Below the pieces are notes generated by a model. It did no database searches, was not told where the DNA came from, and saw nothing but the letters and a program-made list of their open reading frames with translations. From Octopus vulgaris (lineage: Eukaryota), in the NCBI GenBank assembly GCA_951406725.2, contig OX597831.1, positions 64,108,001-64,172,000 on the forward strand: a DNA stretch of 64,000 bases, in the 5' to 3' direction. The translations under genes and the position numbers were made by a program. Shown piece by piece: positions 1-12,972 of the stretch. Numbering within the stretch: position 1 is the stretch's first letter; every line of letters begins with the position of its first letter.

Positions 1-671
1 AGAGAAGAAGTGGGAGGGAGAGTGAGTGCAAGAGGAGGGAGAGTGTGAGTAAGAGATGGAGGAAGGGAGAGCACGAAAAGGAGAATAAAGTTGTAATTGC
101 TATAATTATGATACCAAGGTGACGACTGATCTAGACTCCAATCTAAACTTAACAATGTCGATGCATATTAATAATGATGATCTGATTCGTTATATAAAAT
201 ATACAAGATATTACGACATAATTAGCGTGACTATCTACAACAGAGGAGATGTTGTAAAATTAACTCATAACATAAGTCTCTGCACAACAACCCTACGTTT
301 GGTTGGGCAGTTTTAGTCTATTTATAATGCTAAGGATTGGGAAAACTCAAGGACATAGTTTTCTTCTTGATTGAATTAGTTCTGACGACAGTCATTTCCT
401 AGAAAAGGTTTTCAAGACCAGTTCGGCAGAATTCCTCCCAGCTAGTAAAAGAAATTCTTCTTCGAAGAACGTAAGGTACTGGCGGAAGGAAAATATGAAT
501 GCCAGCAAAGCTATTCTTTTGAATAATGTATCCATAGTCTAATAAAACAAAAATTATATAATATTTCAACACGAACTTAACAGATAAGGTTTAAAAACTG
601 AGTCAAAACCTCCGAAATCTATCTGCTAACATCGCCGACAACAACAACACAACAGCAACAATAAAAAAAAT

Positions 672-882
672 TCTTTCTAATATATGTACAAGGGTTGACA
701 CTTGAGGGAATGGACTAGTCGATTACATTGACACAAGTGCTTAACTGATACTTATTTTATCGACCCCGAAAAGAGGAATAGCAAAGTCGACCTTGGCGGA
801 ATTTGAGCTCAGAACGCAAAGACGGACGAAATGACGCTAAGCATTTTGCGTGGCGTGCTAATGATTCTGCCAGCTCGCCGCC
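672..882 (-). mobile_element. tRNA-derived SINE, family A (head GGCGGCGAGCTGGCAGAATC)
   Basis: Minus strand reads GGCGGCGAGCTGGCAGAATCATTAGCAC...GAGCTCAAATTCC (Pol III A/B boxes), then GTCGACTTTGC...TTTCGGGGTCGATAAAATAAGTA; the same sequence recurs at 16871, 38530, 47581, 50645. Confidence 0.9.
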
Positions 883-884
883 TT

Positions 885-941
885 GATAATAATAACCATA
901 AAAACGATAATGATAATGATAATAAGAATAGTAGGTAGTAA

Positions 942-1019
<78 letters not shown>

Positions 1020-1020
1020 C
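885..1020. repeat. (TAA)n/(TAG)n microsatellite
   Basis: Direct tandem TAG run; source of the poly-T/poly-Y ORFs. Confidence 0.95.
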
Positions 1021-1099
1021 TGGATACTCCCTCAAACTCATCCAAACAGGACCTGTAGTTAAATAATATAAAAAAAAGAGAAAAAAAGAGAAAAGTCTG

Positions 1100-1345
1100 T
1101 CGATTCTTAATGAAATTAGTAGACAATCAACACTACAAAGTAGCAAGAAGAAAACAAAAACACTGTACAAATACAACATTACTGAAAAAGATTTACCTGA
1201 GGTAAAAGAAAAGCTAAAGCAAGATATCCTTGCCAAAGCACAAAGGATCCGCCGGTATGAGAAACGTCGAATGTTTCTTTAAACAAAACAAACAGTTCAA
1301 TTCCAACCCCAAAAGAATTCTACCAAGAACTTGGGAAAAATAAAA
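1100..1345 (+). mobile_element. R4/Dong-clade non-LTR retrotransposon fragment (pre-RT region)
   Basis: Translation EVKEKLKQDILAKAQRIRRYEKR, then after frameshifts KQNKQFNSNPK/FYQELG; resembles the R4-clade KQ..AK..R.RRY...QN..F....FY motif. Confidence 0.7.
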
Positions 1346-1554
1346 TGGACATCACTGCAGCAATTTTTTTCTAAGCTTGTCAAATTCTATTGCCAAAATA
1401 TTACGGTCACGGGGGATACTCATATCGATCAATTAATAGACCTTATTATTTTGGTCTTTTACAACAATATCCAGTTTATCAATTTTGACTATTCAGTCTC
1501 AATGTACCGAATTCCCAAAGGATCGTTACATTTTCTCCCTCAGTTACAATCTCA

Positions 1555-2230
1555 GGGTGGTGCTTATACTATTTATCAGCAGTTTTGATTTTATAATGCC
1601 GACATATTAACCAGTGTATATATTGACCAACTTTGTCATGTCTTAATTTATACTCTACTTGAGCTAAAATTACATCTAGAGATTAAGTGGTCCACTGTTT
1701 CGATCTCATCACTGCAGAATCAGCACTTTAGATCTACTCCATTTTTCATCACATTGGCTTGATAGTTCCGAGTCAATAAGCTTTGATCTTGAACAGTTAC
1801 AATGAAACCTTCGATACCTGCTTTTACCTCTGAGCTTCTTGGCCACTGATGCACGTGCTTTTGGTCAACATCAGCTTGTTTGCCACATATTTGCCATGCA
1901 GAGGTTTCTGTTCCCACCGACCAGCCAATTGTTCATACGCTTTTATCTTGCCATTAATTATACTTCTTTTGCAGCAGCAGTTGCCACACTCCCTCGGGCA
2001 GTTTAGTCTGGGTATCATCCACAAAATCAGTAGCAAATCTTTTGCTCCCGTTCAGGATAGAATAAATCTTCTTACGCCTCTCATGATTTTCAACTAGTTT
2101 TAGCACCCCGCCGTTAGTTGATTCAAGATATTTGGCCAGTCCAGTTGTGGTGGTTTTGTAAGAATGTTCAAACTGAATCAAACCACGACCTCCTTGGGCT
2201 CTGGAAAGGGAAATTAGCATTCAAGGAAAT
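1555..2230 (-). mobile_element. R4/Dong-clade LINE fragment: post-RT region with CCHC zinc knuckle leading into restriction-like endonuclease
   Basis: GGRGL, W..KPLHGKY, EGFIVTVQDQSLLTRNY, C..C...ETVDHLISRC, RHDKVGQYIHW motifs, broken by frameshifts and stops. Confidence 0.85.
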
Positions 2231-2267
2231 AACTAAGGCTACAAATAAGCCAAAAAACAAAACACTT

Positions 2268-2291
2268 TATTATTATTATTATTATTTTTAT

Positions 2292-2341
<50 letters not shown>

Positions 2342-2502
2342 ATACTACTACTAATACTACTACTAATAATAATAATACTACTACTAATACTACTACAACT
2401 ACTACTACTACTAATACTAATACTAATACTACTACTACTACTAATACTAATACTAATACTACTACTACTACTAATACTACTACTATCATTATTATTATTA
2501 TT
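2268..2502. repeat. (TAT)/(TAC)/(TAA) compound microsatellite
   Basis: Direct tandem repeats. Confidence 0.95.
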
Positions 2503-5092
2503 GGAATGAAAGAGATTTGTACGATAAAAATGAATGTTACTGGCTTGAAACCAATGGAGATAAAAGTAACGTCACCAACATCGCTTTGAATGGCCAAAGA
2601 ATTAGAGAAGTTGCAAGAGAAACTTCAACAGTGAGAGATCTTACGATTAGTGAGAGAGTTATAAAATGATGATCCAAATTTCAGTAGCATTTAAATAGTT
2701 ACTTTCATGCAATAAGCTCTACTTGAAAACCAGTACACTTTGCAATGGACGTCATGTCAAGTTGGACAGCATTATGTCTGTTTGTCTGTCCCTGTCGTCA
2801 ATCAAAAATTATAAACGATAGAACTACAGACTAATCTAGAAAATATATTTACGTGGACGCTGAGGGGTCATGGGGGTTGGAATTACATTTTTGATAGAAG
2901 TGTTTTAGATCGTACTGGATAGTGCTTGGTACAGTGGACCCTTAAAAAAACGACATGTTTTAAGTAATCTTGAGGATTTTTTCCAAATGAAAGTTCTGGT
3001 TGAAGTGGAATATGATGAAAGTAGTTTCACTTACTGGAACGATTCATAGAATTAAATCAAGAACGGAACCACATCTCTACTGCAGGTTGAATGAAAGTTT
3101 TATAAGAATCTTCAGAAAGATCTGCTCACTTGAGAAGCAATTAGTAAAAGATTGCTTAAAGCAGCTAAAAGGGAGCAGACGTCTTTAAACATTAAGATTA
3201 AAAACAAAAATGCAATATAAGACTTTATATATCATAAGAAAATTTAGAATTTGTATTCCATAGAAAAGAGATAGAGCGAGAGAGAGAATATTGATTAGTT
3301 GAAAGAAAAATAGTTATATTGATTACCATATGAGAAGAATTTAAATTTAGTAATGAAGAAATCGACATGATTAGGAGAAAGAGTTAACGATACATGAATA
3401 AAAATGGAAAGGAATTTGACAAAAAGCTGCAAAAAAAAACGTATTGAAATCAAAGCAGATATGGGTTGTTATGCTGTAAGTAAAAATGTAGGAAAACTTA
3501 TTCTGTTATAAGCATTTAGAAGCAAATGAGAGAAGCAAGAGCGAAGAAAAAAATGAAGTGGAATAAAAATGATATAAAATGATATCACACTTATTCAAAG
3601 AAAAGAAAGAAACAATTCAGTAATTTTCTGTCTAAATGCAAAATATATACTGCAAATTATCATGTTTACAGGATTTGGCAAAGTAATCAATGATCCTACC
3701 TGTACTTTCGGCAAATAAGAAAGATGATTGAAAACCATGCCGTGTGATGTAAAACCAAATTGGATAGAGGAATCATACTAGCGACCAAAAGATATGTTAT
3801 TGCAAATTTTGATATTATATGCGTCAAACTTTGTTGTAGCGAATAATAAACGAAATGGGACATGAATATTGATATGACTTGTCCCAATAATAGTAATGCC
3901 CAAGAAAACTAGCAAAACTAAACAAGCACAAACTTTGGTCTATCTCCTGCTCTAATATCTTCATACGTATGAATAGGTACACTTATACACATCATGTAAT
4001 TTTGCTCTCGTGCAGAGCAACCATTTTGATGCGAACACATATCCTTTAAAAAACCTGGAATTTGGTACTTACTCTGTCAATTAAGGTCACACACTGCACA
4101 ACCTTTTAGCCAGTCGTCACATCTCCTTTTTGTGCAGTTTGAGTACCCTTTATTAATATTAAGTGGTGTTTTTTTTTTTTTTTTAATTCAGAACCTAGAG
4201 TTGTACGAAAGAATTATTGTCGGACAGCTTACCAGTTCTCACTTTCTCTCTAGTTTTATATTCTTCCCATTTCACATGAAATTGTTATCCCAAACTGACA
4301 TTAACTATTGCTATTGAACAACATTTGTTTGCTGTTTATAATTACCGAAGACATTTGCCCTGAATATGCTCTGTGGATTTCAAGGAAGATTTCTCTTTCA
4401 AATATTGTACACGCAAAGGATACTTCCATTTTGGTAAATAGTTGTGCATATTCCTTCTAAGCGTAATTATAGGGGAGAATGTCCTTTTACTATTTCTTTA
4501 TATTATTCGACAATATTCTTCAATGCTGTTTGATTTTTTAAAAAAACATTGCTACATTACAGTGAATCCAAAATAATCATTAAATATTCTTGGATTCAAT
4601 GTAATCCAATAACTTTTATTAGCATAATTAAATGGTTTTCATAAGAAAAATATTTCATATCTTTTCTCTGTCTTCAGTAATTTAAACTTGACCCTCGGTT
4701 CTTTTCACACTAAAGTTACAAGGCGAGGAAATTATTCAAGTCGAAAGACAAGTGGACTAATCAAATAAGAGACAAAACGGAGTAGAGTAGAAACCATATA
4801 ACCACTTACTGGAGCCTGTTTCGTTCGGTGGACTTTCTGATAAAACATAAACAGATACAGCTCTACATACAGATATGAAATACTATGCTATTCTTTACTG
4901 GAAACACTTTTAAAGATTTAAATTAGCAGACATGCTAGAGATCCTTAATTATATAAAAATTTATAAATTTACTTCGTCATTATATTCACAGTGGTATTTT
5001 GACATTATAGCACGGATAGTTTAGACGGGCAAATAAACTGGTCGTGTATACGTACGTATATGCAAATATTCGTATGTTGTATATATATATAT

Positions 5093-5123
<31 letters not shown>

Positions 5124-5894
5124 AATATATAAATAAATATATATATCCATATATATATATATGTTTGTGTGTATGTGTGTGTGTAATTATGTACTATCTG
5201 TGTATGGCCCACTGATGAGCATTTTTATACAGAGCCAGAAATCTGGATGTGGGATTATCAATAATTTTTTTGCTAGTTTATTTGTCTATTAGTCTTTTCA
5301 CCTTGTGCTGTATGATTACATGAAGTGGTTCTAGATTCAAGTTTTGACTACTATCCCTAGCATGGTGGTATCTCTTAGATACCCTTAATTATAATTTTAA
5401 TATATATACATAATAAAGTTATTGTTTCTTATCAGGAACAAAATGTTTAATAGGACTGCTATAGAAGTGCTCAATTAAATGAGACAAATATATTAAACTA
5501 TGGTTGCAGAAAAAAACAAATATAAGGTCATCTACGTAACATTTCATATCTCGAACATTTAATCACATAATGTATTTATTATTCTAGATGTTGTAATGTT
5601 AAAAAATATATTTTTTTTTTAGTCGCTAAAGTATTTATCATTAACTTTTAACCGCGATGGACTGTATTCACACATTTTTCTTATATTTTTCTTATATGCT
5701 TGTATTGATGGGTTGTGTTTCATCTTCCGTGATTTTATGCATGTATATTCTATATGAAAGAAAAAGCGACTAAAACAAAAATATATTTTTTAACATTTAT
5801 GTGATTAAATGTTCGAGATATGAAATGTTACGTGGATGACCTCATATTTGCTTGTTCTGCAACCATATGTATATATATATATATATATTATATG

Positions 5895-5993
5895 TGTACT
5901 TGGAAGAGGATGCGTGGCGTTCAGTCATATAATAATATAAATAATATATATATGCATATATACATACGTATATGTACGTACTATCATCTATAC

Positions 5994-6029
<36 letters not shown>

Positions 6030-6517
6030 GTATAGATGTAAGTATGTACATATACTCACATACACGTACATATTCTTCGGAAGGTCAAAATTGGTAACAC
6101 AAACAGAACAGTGAAAGCAAACAGGAAGGGCTGCTAAGCATAAACGAGGTTGTGGTGGCGAACGTGTAAATCAAGCTTGGATAGGAGACAGACAAGAACA
6201 CGTCTTCCTTGTTCCAGCTACAACTGAGAGAATGAATGACGGCCGATGGCCATATGGGAGCCACGTGAGCAAGTGAGGAGGAGTGAGGGAGAGAGAGTGA
6301 CAGAGTAATAGGATAGAATAGTTGGAGAAGAGGAGGTAAAAGAATAAGAGGGAGAAAGAGAGAAAAACGAAAGAGTAAAAAGATCTATGTAGGGCGCATC
6401 AAAATTAAGATAAAACTTACTTGCAAGAGGATGCGTGGCGTTCAATTATATAATAATATAAATAATATATATATATATATATATGCATATATACATACGT
6501 ATATGTACAGACTTACA

Positions 6518-6609
<92 letters not shown>

Positions 6610-6970
6610 CATATGTGCGCACAGGATGTCATGAAACGGGTAGAACAAAATTACGAAGTACAAGTACATGGAATATGAACTATTTTTTCGAACAACGAAT
6701 GACTGAAATGGAAAACAACACAAACAACATAAAGAACGACCCTTCATCAGTTGTTGGCTGTTTTTCTACTCTCAAATTTCGAGCATTTAACAACAATATA
6801 CGCTTTCGATTAAACAGTTGCTCTCGCAAAGCAAATTAAATAGAATTTGGGATTTTGCGCAGGGCCAAAATTGGTAACACAAACAGGACAGTGAAAACAA
6901 ACAGGAAGGACTGCTAAGCCTAAACAAGGCTGTGGTGGCGAACGCGTAAATCAAGCCTGGACATCGTTAA
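5895..6970. mobile_element. Penelope-like terminal-repeat relic in two partial tandem copies, embedded in (TA)n
   Basis: AAGAGGATGCGTGGCGTTCA at ~5903 and ~6425; AAAATTGGTAACACAAACAG...GTGGTGGCGAAC at ~6087 and ~6867; same family inverted at 33477-33775; contains CTGATGAAGGG on the minus strand. Confidence 0.55.
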
Positions 6971-7112
6971 CTCCACAGTAATGACTTCATACATACATAC
7001 ATACATACATGTCTTTTATTTTGTGTCTTTTGTTTTTATATATATTTTTCATTTTTTCCTTTTGCCTTCTTAATTGTTTGTGTATGTGTATGAGAATATG
7101 GTTATATTTTTT

Positions 7113-7442
7113 TTTTTACTTGTTTCAGTCATTTGACTGCGGCCATGCTGGAGCACCGCCTTTAGTCGAGCAGATCGACCCCGGGACTTATTCTTTGTAA
7201 GCCCAGTACTTATTCTATCGGTCTCTTTTGCCGAACCGCTAAGTGACGGGGACATAAACACACCAGCATCGGTTGTCAAGCAATGCTAGGGGGACAAACA
7301 CAGACACACAAACACGCACATACACACACATATATATGCATATATACGACGGACTTCTTTCAGTTTCCGTCTACCAAATCCACTCACAAGGCATTGGTCG
7401 GCCCGGGGCTATAGCAGAAGACATTTGCCCAAGATGCCACGC
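7113..7442 (-). mobile_element. CORE-type tRNA SINE, family B (5'-truncated)
   Basis: Minus strand TCTTGGGCAAATGTCTTC (CORE-like), internal (CA/TA)n, tail GCGGTGCTCCAGCATGGCCGCAGTC; full copy at 49874-50310. Confidence 0.85.
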
Positions 7443-7689
7443 ATATGTGTATTTTTTATCTTTTATCTTTTTTTCTTTTTTTCTACCTATTAGAGTAACT
7501 TCCCTTTTATTCAACGGTTTTTCGTATCGTCTGTTGTCATTAATAGCAGACGAGAATGCATCACAGCTCTTCGCTCCGACATTCGAAACTCCGAGTACTA
7601 TAATGACAACTTTTTTACTGTTTTACTGTTTTAAATATATAAATATATATAAATATTTCCCTGTCTAATATCGAGGTTTCTTTCTTTTG

Positions 7690-7714
7690 TTGTTACTTCT
7701 TCTTCTTCTTCTTC

Positions 7715-7751
<37 letters not shown>

Positions 7752-7752
7752 A

Positions 7753-7796
<44 letters not shown>

Positions 7797-7797
7797 A

Positions 7798-7832
<35 letters not shown>

Positions 7833-7880
7833 ATACATACACACACACACATATATATATACACACACACACACACACAT
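7690..7880. repeat. (CTT)/(ATT)/(CA) microsatellite
   Basis: Direct tandem repeats. Confidence 0.95.
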
Positions 7881-8606
7881 ATTGTCCCTTTCTTGTATTT
7901 TACACTGTAACAAAGAGACACTGGCTTTGTTTTGAAATTTTTTTTCTAATAATTTCTTTCTTGCGAACTGTGTTAAGTCTAAAAATTCTGTTTGTGTCAC
8001 GACATAGGTAAAACTAACTTTTTTAACGCTATTACCATATGAATGATTTAACATGTTTGTCTCTATACGAGTGTTGTTCTTGTTGTTATCGCTTACTTTA
8101 AGATTATTTGTTAAACAGTTAGAACAAATAACATTTTTTTTTCTCTCTTATTAAATTTTCATAAAAATATACAATATTTTCTTCTTTTCGTTCATTCTGA
8201 GTGCAATCTGTCTTTTTCGTCTTGTTTTTAATGTTTTGCTTCATAGAGTGTGCAAATGTGTCTGGTGGATATTTTGAATGTAAAATGTGGTCAAAACGTG
8301 TAAGCAAATAAACACAGTAAAAAAAAATCAACCAGTTTTGTCTTCCCCCGGGTATCGAAGTGAAAAGTATAGAGTTAAAGAAGCTAGTTTTGCCTCTGTC
8401 GTGATACAAACATAATTTTTAGATGTAACACTGTTTTTTAAAAAGAAAAAGATTATTGGAAAAAATTTTGTGAAAACCAGACGGTGTTTCTTTGCGGCAA
8501 GATGACATCCAGAAGAAAGGAAAAGAAAAAATAATATATCTGAATTGCAGTAGTTTCCAGTTACCATCGAAACAACAGTTAGAAAAGGCACTACATGATA
8601 TTTCGT

Positions 8607-8917
8607 GGAGGCACATGGCCTAGTGGTTAGAGCAGCGGACAAGCGGTCGAGGGATCGTGGGTTCGAATCTCAGACCGGGCGATGTGTGTGTTTATGAGCG
8701 AAACACCTAAGCTCCACGCGGCTCCAGCAGAAGGTAATGGCGAAACTTCTGCTGACTCTTTCGCCAAAACTTTCTCTCACTCTTTCCTCCTGCATTTTGC
8801 AGCTCACCTGCGAAGGAACGGCGTCCCATCCAGGTGAGGAACCTATACGCCAAGAAACCGGGAAACCGGCCCTTATGAGCCAGGCATGGCTCGAGAAGGA
8901 ACAAACAACAACAACAA
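8607..8917 (+). mobile_element. tRNA(Arg)-like SINE, family C, tail type 1
   Basis: TGGCCTAGTGG A box, GGTTCGAATCT B box, (CAA)n end; imperfect TSD ACTACATGrTrTTTC. Confidence 0.9.
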
Positions 8918-8949
8918 CTACATGGTGTTTCAATATAAATTCTCTCAAT

Positions 8950-9400
8950 CGAAACTAGGAAATGTTGTGGTACCATCTGCAGCACTTTCACGAACGAAGG
9001 CTGAGCGAAAACAATAGCTAAAATACTTAGATATACTAGCGTCCCCACCATGGCTGTCTTGCCATATGGGAGAATTGTTACGATAAGAGACATTGAAAAT
9101 TATGTAGATCCTTAGCTAGTTTCCATTTTTGTATTGTAATACAGGCGAGTATTCAAAGCAGGGTTGAGGGGATGTGACATGTGATCAAGGGGCGTCAAAA
9201 TAGATTTGCGAGTCATAAAGACTCCCGAATACCACGACGCCACACCGAACCTATGACAAGCTGAAAACATCCAAATCAAATGAGACTGATGATGCAGGGC
9301 GAAAAGCCTAATTGCTGTGTATGTAGTAAGAACCACTTCAAGGCATTTTGGCCCAGAAAAACTGGAATGACTGGGAAAGAAAACGAGAAAGGAATGCGGT
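8950..9400 (+). mobile_element. Degenerate LINE ORF1 (zinc-knuckle) relic
   Basis: MQGEKPNCCVCSKNHFKAFWP resembles a decayed G.P.C..C...GH....CP knuckle; many stops upstream. Confidence 0.35.
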
Positions 9401-10322
9401 GGATAGCAGCCGATCAAGCAAGAAGCGCAGTCACACTCAAAGAATATTGGTTTCAAAATTTGGTACAAAGCCAGCAATTTAGGGAGAGGGGTTAAGTCGA
9501 TTACATCGTCCCCTTTTTAGTTTATTCTTTCTTTTTTTCTGTTTTCTTTTTCAGAGAAAGAATCTTGGATAATTGTATCCACTATACTCTTCTTTAGGGT
9601 GTAAACTGAGGGAGACAAGATAGATATCCCTAGCAATTTGGGTGACCACGTGTAGACTCTCCTGTCAGTTCATGACGAGAAAAGTTAAATACTTTTCTGA
9701 GAAAAGAAAAATTAAACGCATTAGTAGCGTGATTAAAAAAGTTGGACCAAGTAAAATATAGAGCAGCCAAACACTAGAAAGGGTTGGAGAAACTATAATC
9801 GGTTTACAACTGTTGACTGAAGCAGAATTAATCAGTAAAAAGAAAAAAAATTAAGAAGCTAATCGACCGAAAGAAAACTAATGAAGTTACTTATGGAGTG
9901 TCAAAAAGTGAATGAAATAAAAACAATTAACTGATTGATTTTAATTTTATTGATAATTAGTGAATTATTTCATTGCAAATTAAATCTTATTAATAGTAAG
10001 GAAGTTGCCGGAAAAGAGGAAGCTGAAACTGTAACAAGGATATAGCAATAAAAATAGCTCGCCTCGGTGTTTTGAACGAGTACTTACACAAGTAGTTTTT
10101 CTTTTTGCTTTATTTTGCGTATCATTGTCTGGGCATAAAAATAAAAACACTAAAATGAACTCTCGAGGTCATATGTAAGAAGGACTGATTCTATTGTCCA
10201 TACGAACTTCCTTCTTGGTAGATGTTGCTATTTACAGAACAATGAATTTAGAATGCTCAGCCCATTAAACATTTTAAAGCTGAAATTCTCCGAGAATTTT
10301 AAACAATTACTGCATTGGTTAT

Positions 10323-10718
10323 CGCATCCCCAAAGCCCATCCCCTCCTCACCGTGGCGGGGACGCTGGCAACGGGTAGTGTCAGAGAGCTATACCGTCGG
10401 GAACTTCGGTTCTTGCTAGGGCCACCCAAAGCGGATTGGTCTGACACCGAGTGGTATTAGGGCCACAACCCGCCAAAAAGGGGCTCTGGTGAGAATCCTC
10501 GAAGTGTCTGTTTCGACAACCGGCGGCTCCTCGGTCGTTCTGTCCCTGCGTCTGCGGACAATCTGCGGCAAACAGGATGTCTCTGCATGCGGGATTGTTG
10601 GGGACCGCTTGTGAAATCCACATATTCCCACGAAACTTCTTCGATGCCGCAAGGGTGGCAGAAGAAGCCGACTCAACCCGCCCAGGGTGCATGTCGCCAC
10701 AAGTACAAGTAAGTAAGT
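10323..10718 (+). mobile_element. Non-autonomous bipartite RTE derivative (5'UTR joined to 3' end)
   Basis: GAGCTATACCG...AGGGCCACCCAAAGCGGA resembles RTE/BovB 5'UTR motifs; the end encodes EADSTRPG followed by CAAGTACAAGTAAGTAAGTA, an RTE-like terminus; GC-rich island with approximate TSD ATTkGTTAT. Confidence 0.7.
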
Positions 10719-11052
10719 ATTTGTTATTACGTTAAATAACTCCTTACGTAACGACTGATAATTAATTAATTTCTCGATCTGCCGATGAAAGTGAGAAGAT
10801 CCGTTAAATGGTTGGGTTAATTACGAACAAGGTTATTATATCCTGGTATATGTGTATATGCATATTTCAAAAGACTAACTATTCAACAATATTTCAGCTA
10901 ACTTTATTTCAAAATGTGTGCTGGTGTATTGAGGGAGCCGATTAACTAAAGTTTCATATTCTTACCACAGTCATATTTCACCTCATATCCACTTTAAGAC
11001 ACGGGGGAGAAAAAAGAAAGCGAGAAAAGTGACTAACATTATTAAATACTTT

Positions 11053-11500
11053 GGATCTCTTCGGTTTGAACGGTAGTTTTTTCTAGCGATGTCATATGAA
11101 ATTGTCACCCATAATCATGACCCTAGTATCGATCTATTGCATTTCAATCTGTTTTAGGGTTAGGGTTAGAGTCAGTTAGGGTTAGTTAGGGTTAGGGTTA
11201 GGGGTTAGGAGAAGGGTATCTTTTTTTCTTCACAAATGTAAATAAACCCAATCTGTTTCTTAAACGAGGGACATATTCATACGGCACAGAATGTTTTCAC
11301 CTCAATAGACGTCATTGATTGGTTGAAATTGCAGAAATTGAAGAAAAATAACAACAAATATCTTACAAACTATAGAATTTTCTCAATAAAGCCAAGAGAA
11401 AAAGATGTTTTATAAACACATTCTACCAGTATACGAGGTTTAAAAGTGTTTAGTTACCTAGAAATTATGTTAAAAACTGCCGGTCAAACCGAAAAGATCC
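11053..11500 (+). mobile_element. MITE with ~29-bp TIRs, 8-bp TSD and internal (TTAGGG)n (Merlin-like)
   Basis: TIR GGATCTCTTCGGTTTGAACGGTAGTTTTT / AAAAACTGCCGGTCAAACCGAAAAGATCC; flanks AATACTTT / AATAATTT. Confidence 0.85.
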
Positions 11501-12972
11501 AATAATTTTACGGAACTCTTCAATTTTTTTATATTATTTGGTTCGCTTTTGTTTTTTGTTTTTTTTTTGTTTGTGTTTTTTTTATAGCATTTCCAGTTGA
11601 TAAAATTCAGCTGACTTCAAAAAAATATTTCTAAAATTTATATCTCGTATGGGACGTAATGAAGTGCCTACGATGGATCATGAAGAAAGATGTAAAAGCT
11701 TGGTAGCAAGTACATGCTAGATATAGTTGTTTGCTTGACGTGGTGCTAAAAAGGAGAAGAAACTATTTATTAAAGAAACACAAGTGAAGCATTAACTGAA
11801 ATAGTGTTCTTAATTGTTAGCCACGGGTCAAGATAGGGTCATATTCTGCTTTTCAGATGCCGCTATTTTATAGTGAATGATACCATCAAGAAATCTGCAA
11901 GCTGTTTGTTTCGATTTTAAGTATATTCATGCAGGTTGACGGTCCAGCATCCCTAATTTCAGGTAAGAAATATCAACGTTTTAATCTCATAACAGATTCA
12001 ATATATAAGTAGCTCCTTGATCCAAATCAGCTGCTTTTCTCTATACTGTCGGCAACAACCTTTAGAATCTCTACATAAATACACTTATCAATAGTTCTTA
12101 CAAAACTATTCCATTTTTTACTGCTCTTAAGCTGCTAGCCTATTAAATAACACAGTGCGTTCATTTCTTGGAGCGACAAAGCAAGCCATGTGGCAGTGTG
12201 CTCTGATAGTTTATTGATCTTCTTCGATCGAGCAACAATACATTTATCACACAGCTTTAGACAATATATGATTCTTTTTTTTTTTCCTTTTAAGACCTAG
12301 GCTGAAACAGGAATCCCATCAATAAAATGGCCACACTATTGACAAAAAATGGTTATTTTGCAAAATGTAGCATATAAAATATATAGCTTCTACTTACTTA
12401 CAAAAGCCTAACTATTCCCGAAGATACTTTTTTTTTTCTAATCAGATAGAAAAGATACGTTGCTTTATTTTCCGGATAACATTATTTTCTGGGATAATAT
12501 ATCGATGTAGAAGGAACTGGAACTGTACGACATAGGCACACTCACACATATGAACACACGTGTATACATAGCTTTGTGTATGTCAACTTATCTTCATAAA
12601 CCCAACCAAAGAAAAGGAAGGATGGATGAAAGTTGACAACATTGATGTAGTGTTTGAAGAAGTGAAGGACGGTAATTAATGGGAACATATAACCAGATAA
12701 TGAGGTATTGAGAGATGCAGATCTAAAGAGAGAGAGAGATACACACACAGCGAGAGAGGGAGGGAGAAAAATCAGCTTTTATAGTTTAGTGGATCTACAG
12801 ACGGTGGTTGAATGAGTGAGTGTGATAGGTAGTTGTCGAAAGAGAGATTCTAGTGGAAAGCAGATGGCAATTTCAGAAGAGAAAGAAGAAATGATAGCAG
12901 CACAATATTTCAGTTCGATACATTACGTTATATCTAAATATAACACACATATGCGTGTATATAGATGTGCGT

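Noticed and set aside
6700-6830. Complete hammerhead around minus-strand CTGATGAAGGG (also ~33649)
   Set aside because: No convincing stem II partner with GAAA could be assigned; kept only as part of a PLE-like repeat.
10381-10700. GC-rich minus-strand ORFs as a host exon or horizontally acquired gene
   Set aside because: Better explained as the antisense of an RTE-derived element with a recognisable 5'UTR and 3' tail.
11153-11210. Telomere or chromosome-fusion scar
   Set aside because: The TTAGGG tract is internal to a TIR element present three times in the window.
11780-12260. Very degenerate helicase-like similarity, or a small exon ending CAG|GTAAGA (~11962)
   Set aside because: Motifs too decayed and frames interrupted; cannot support either call.
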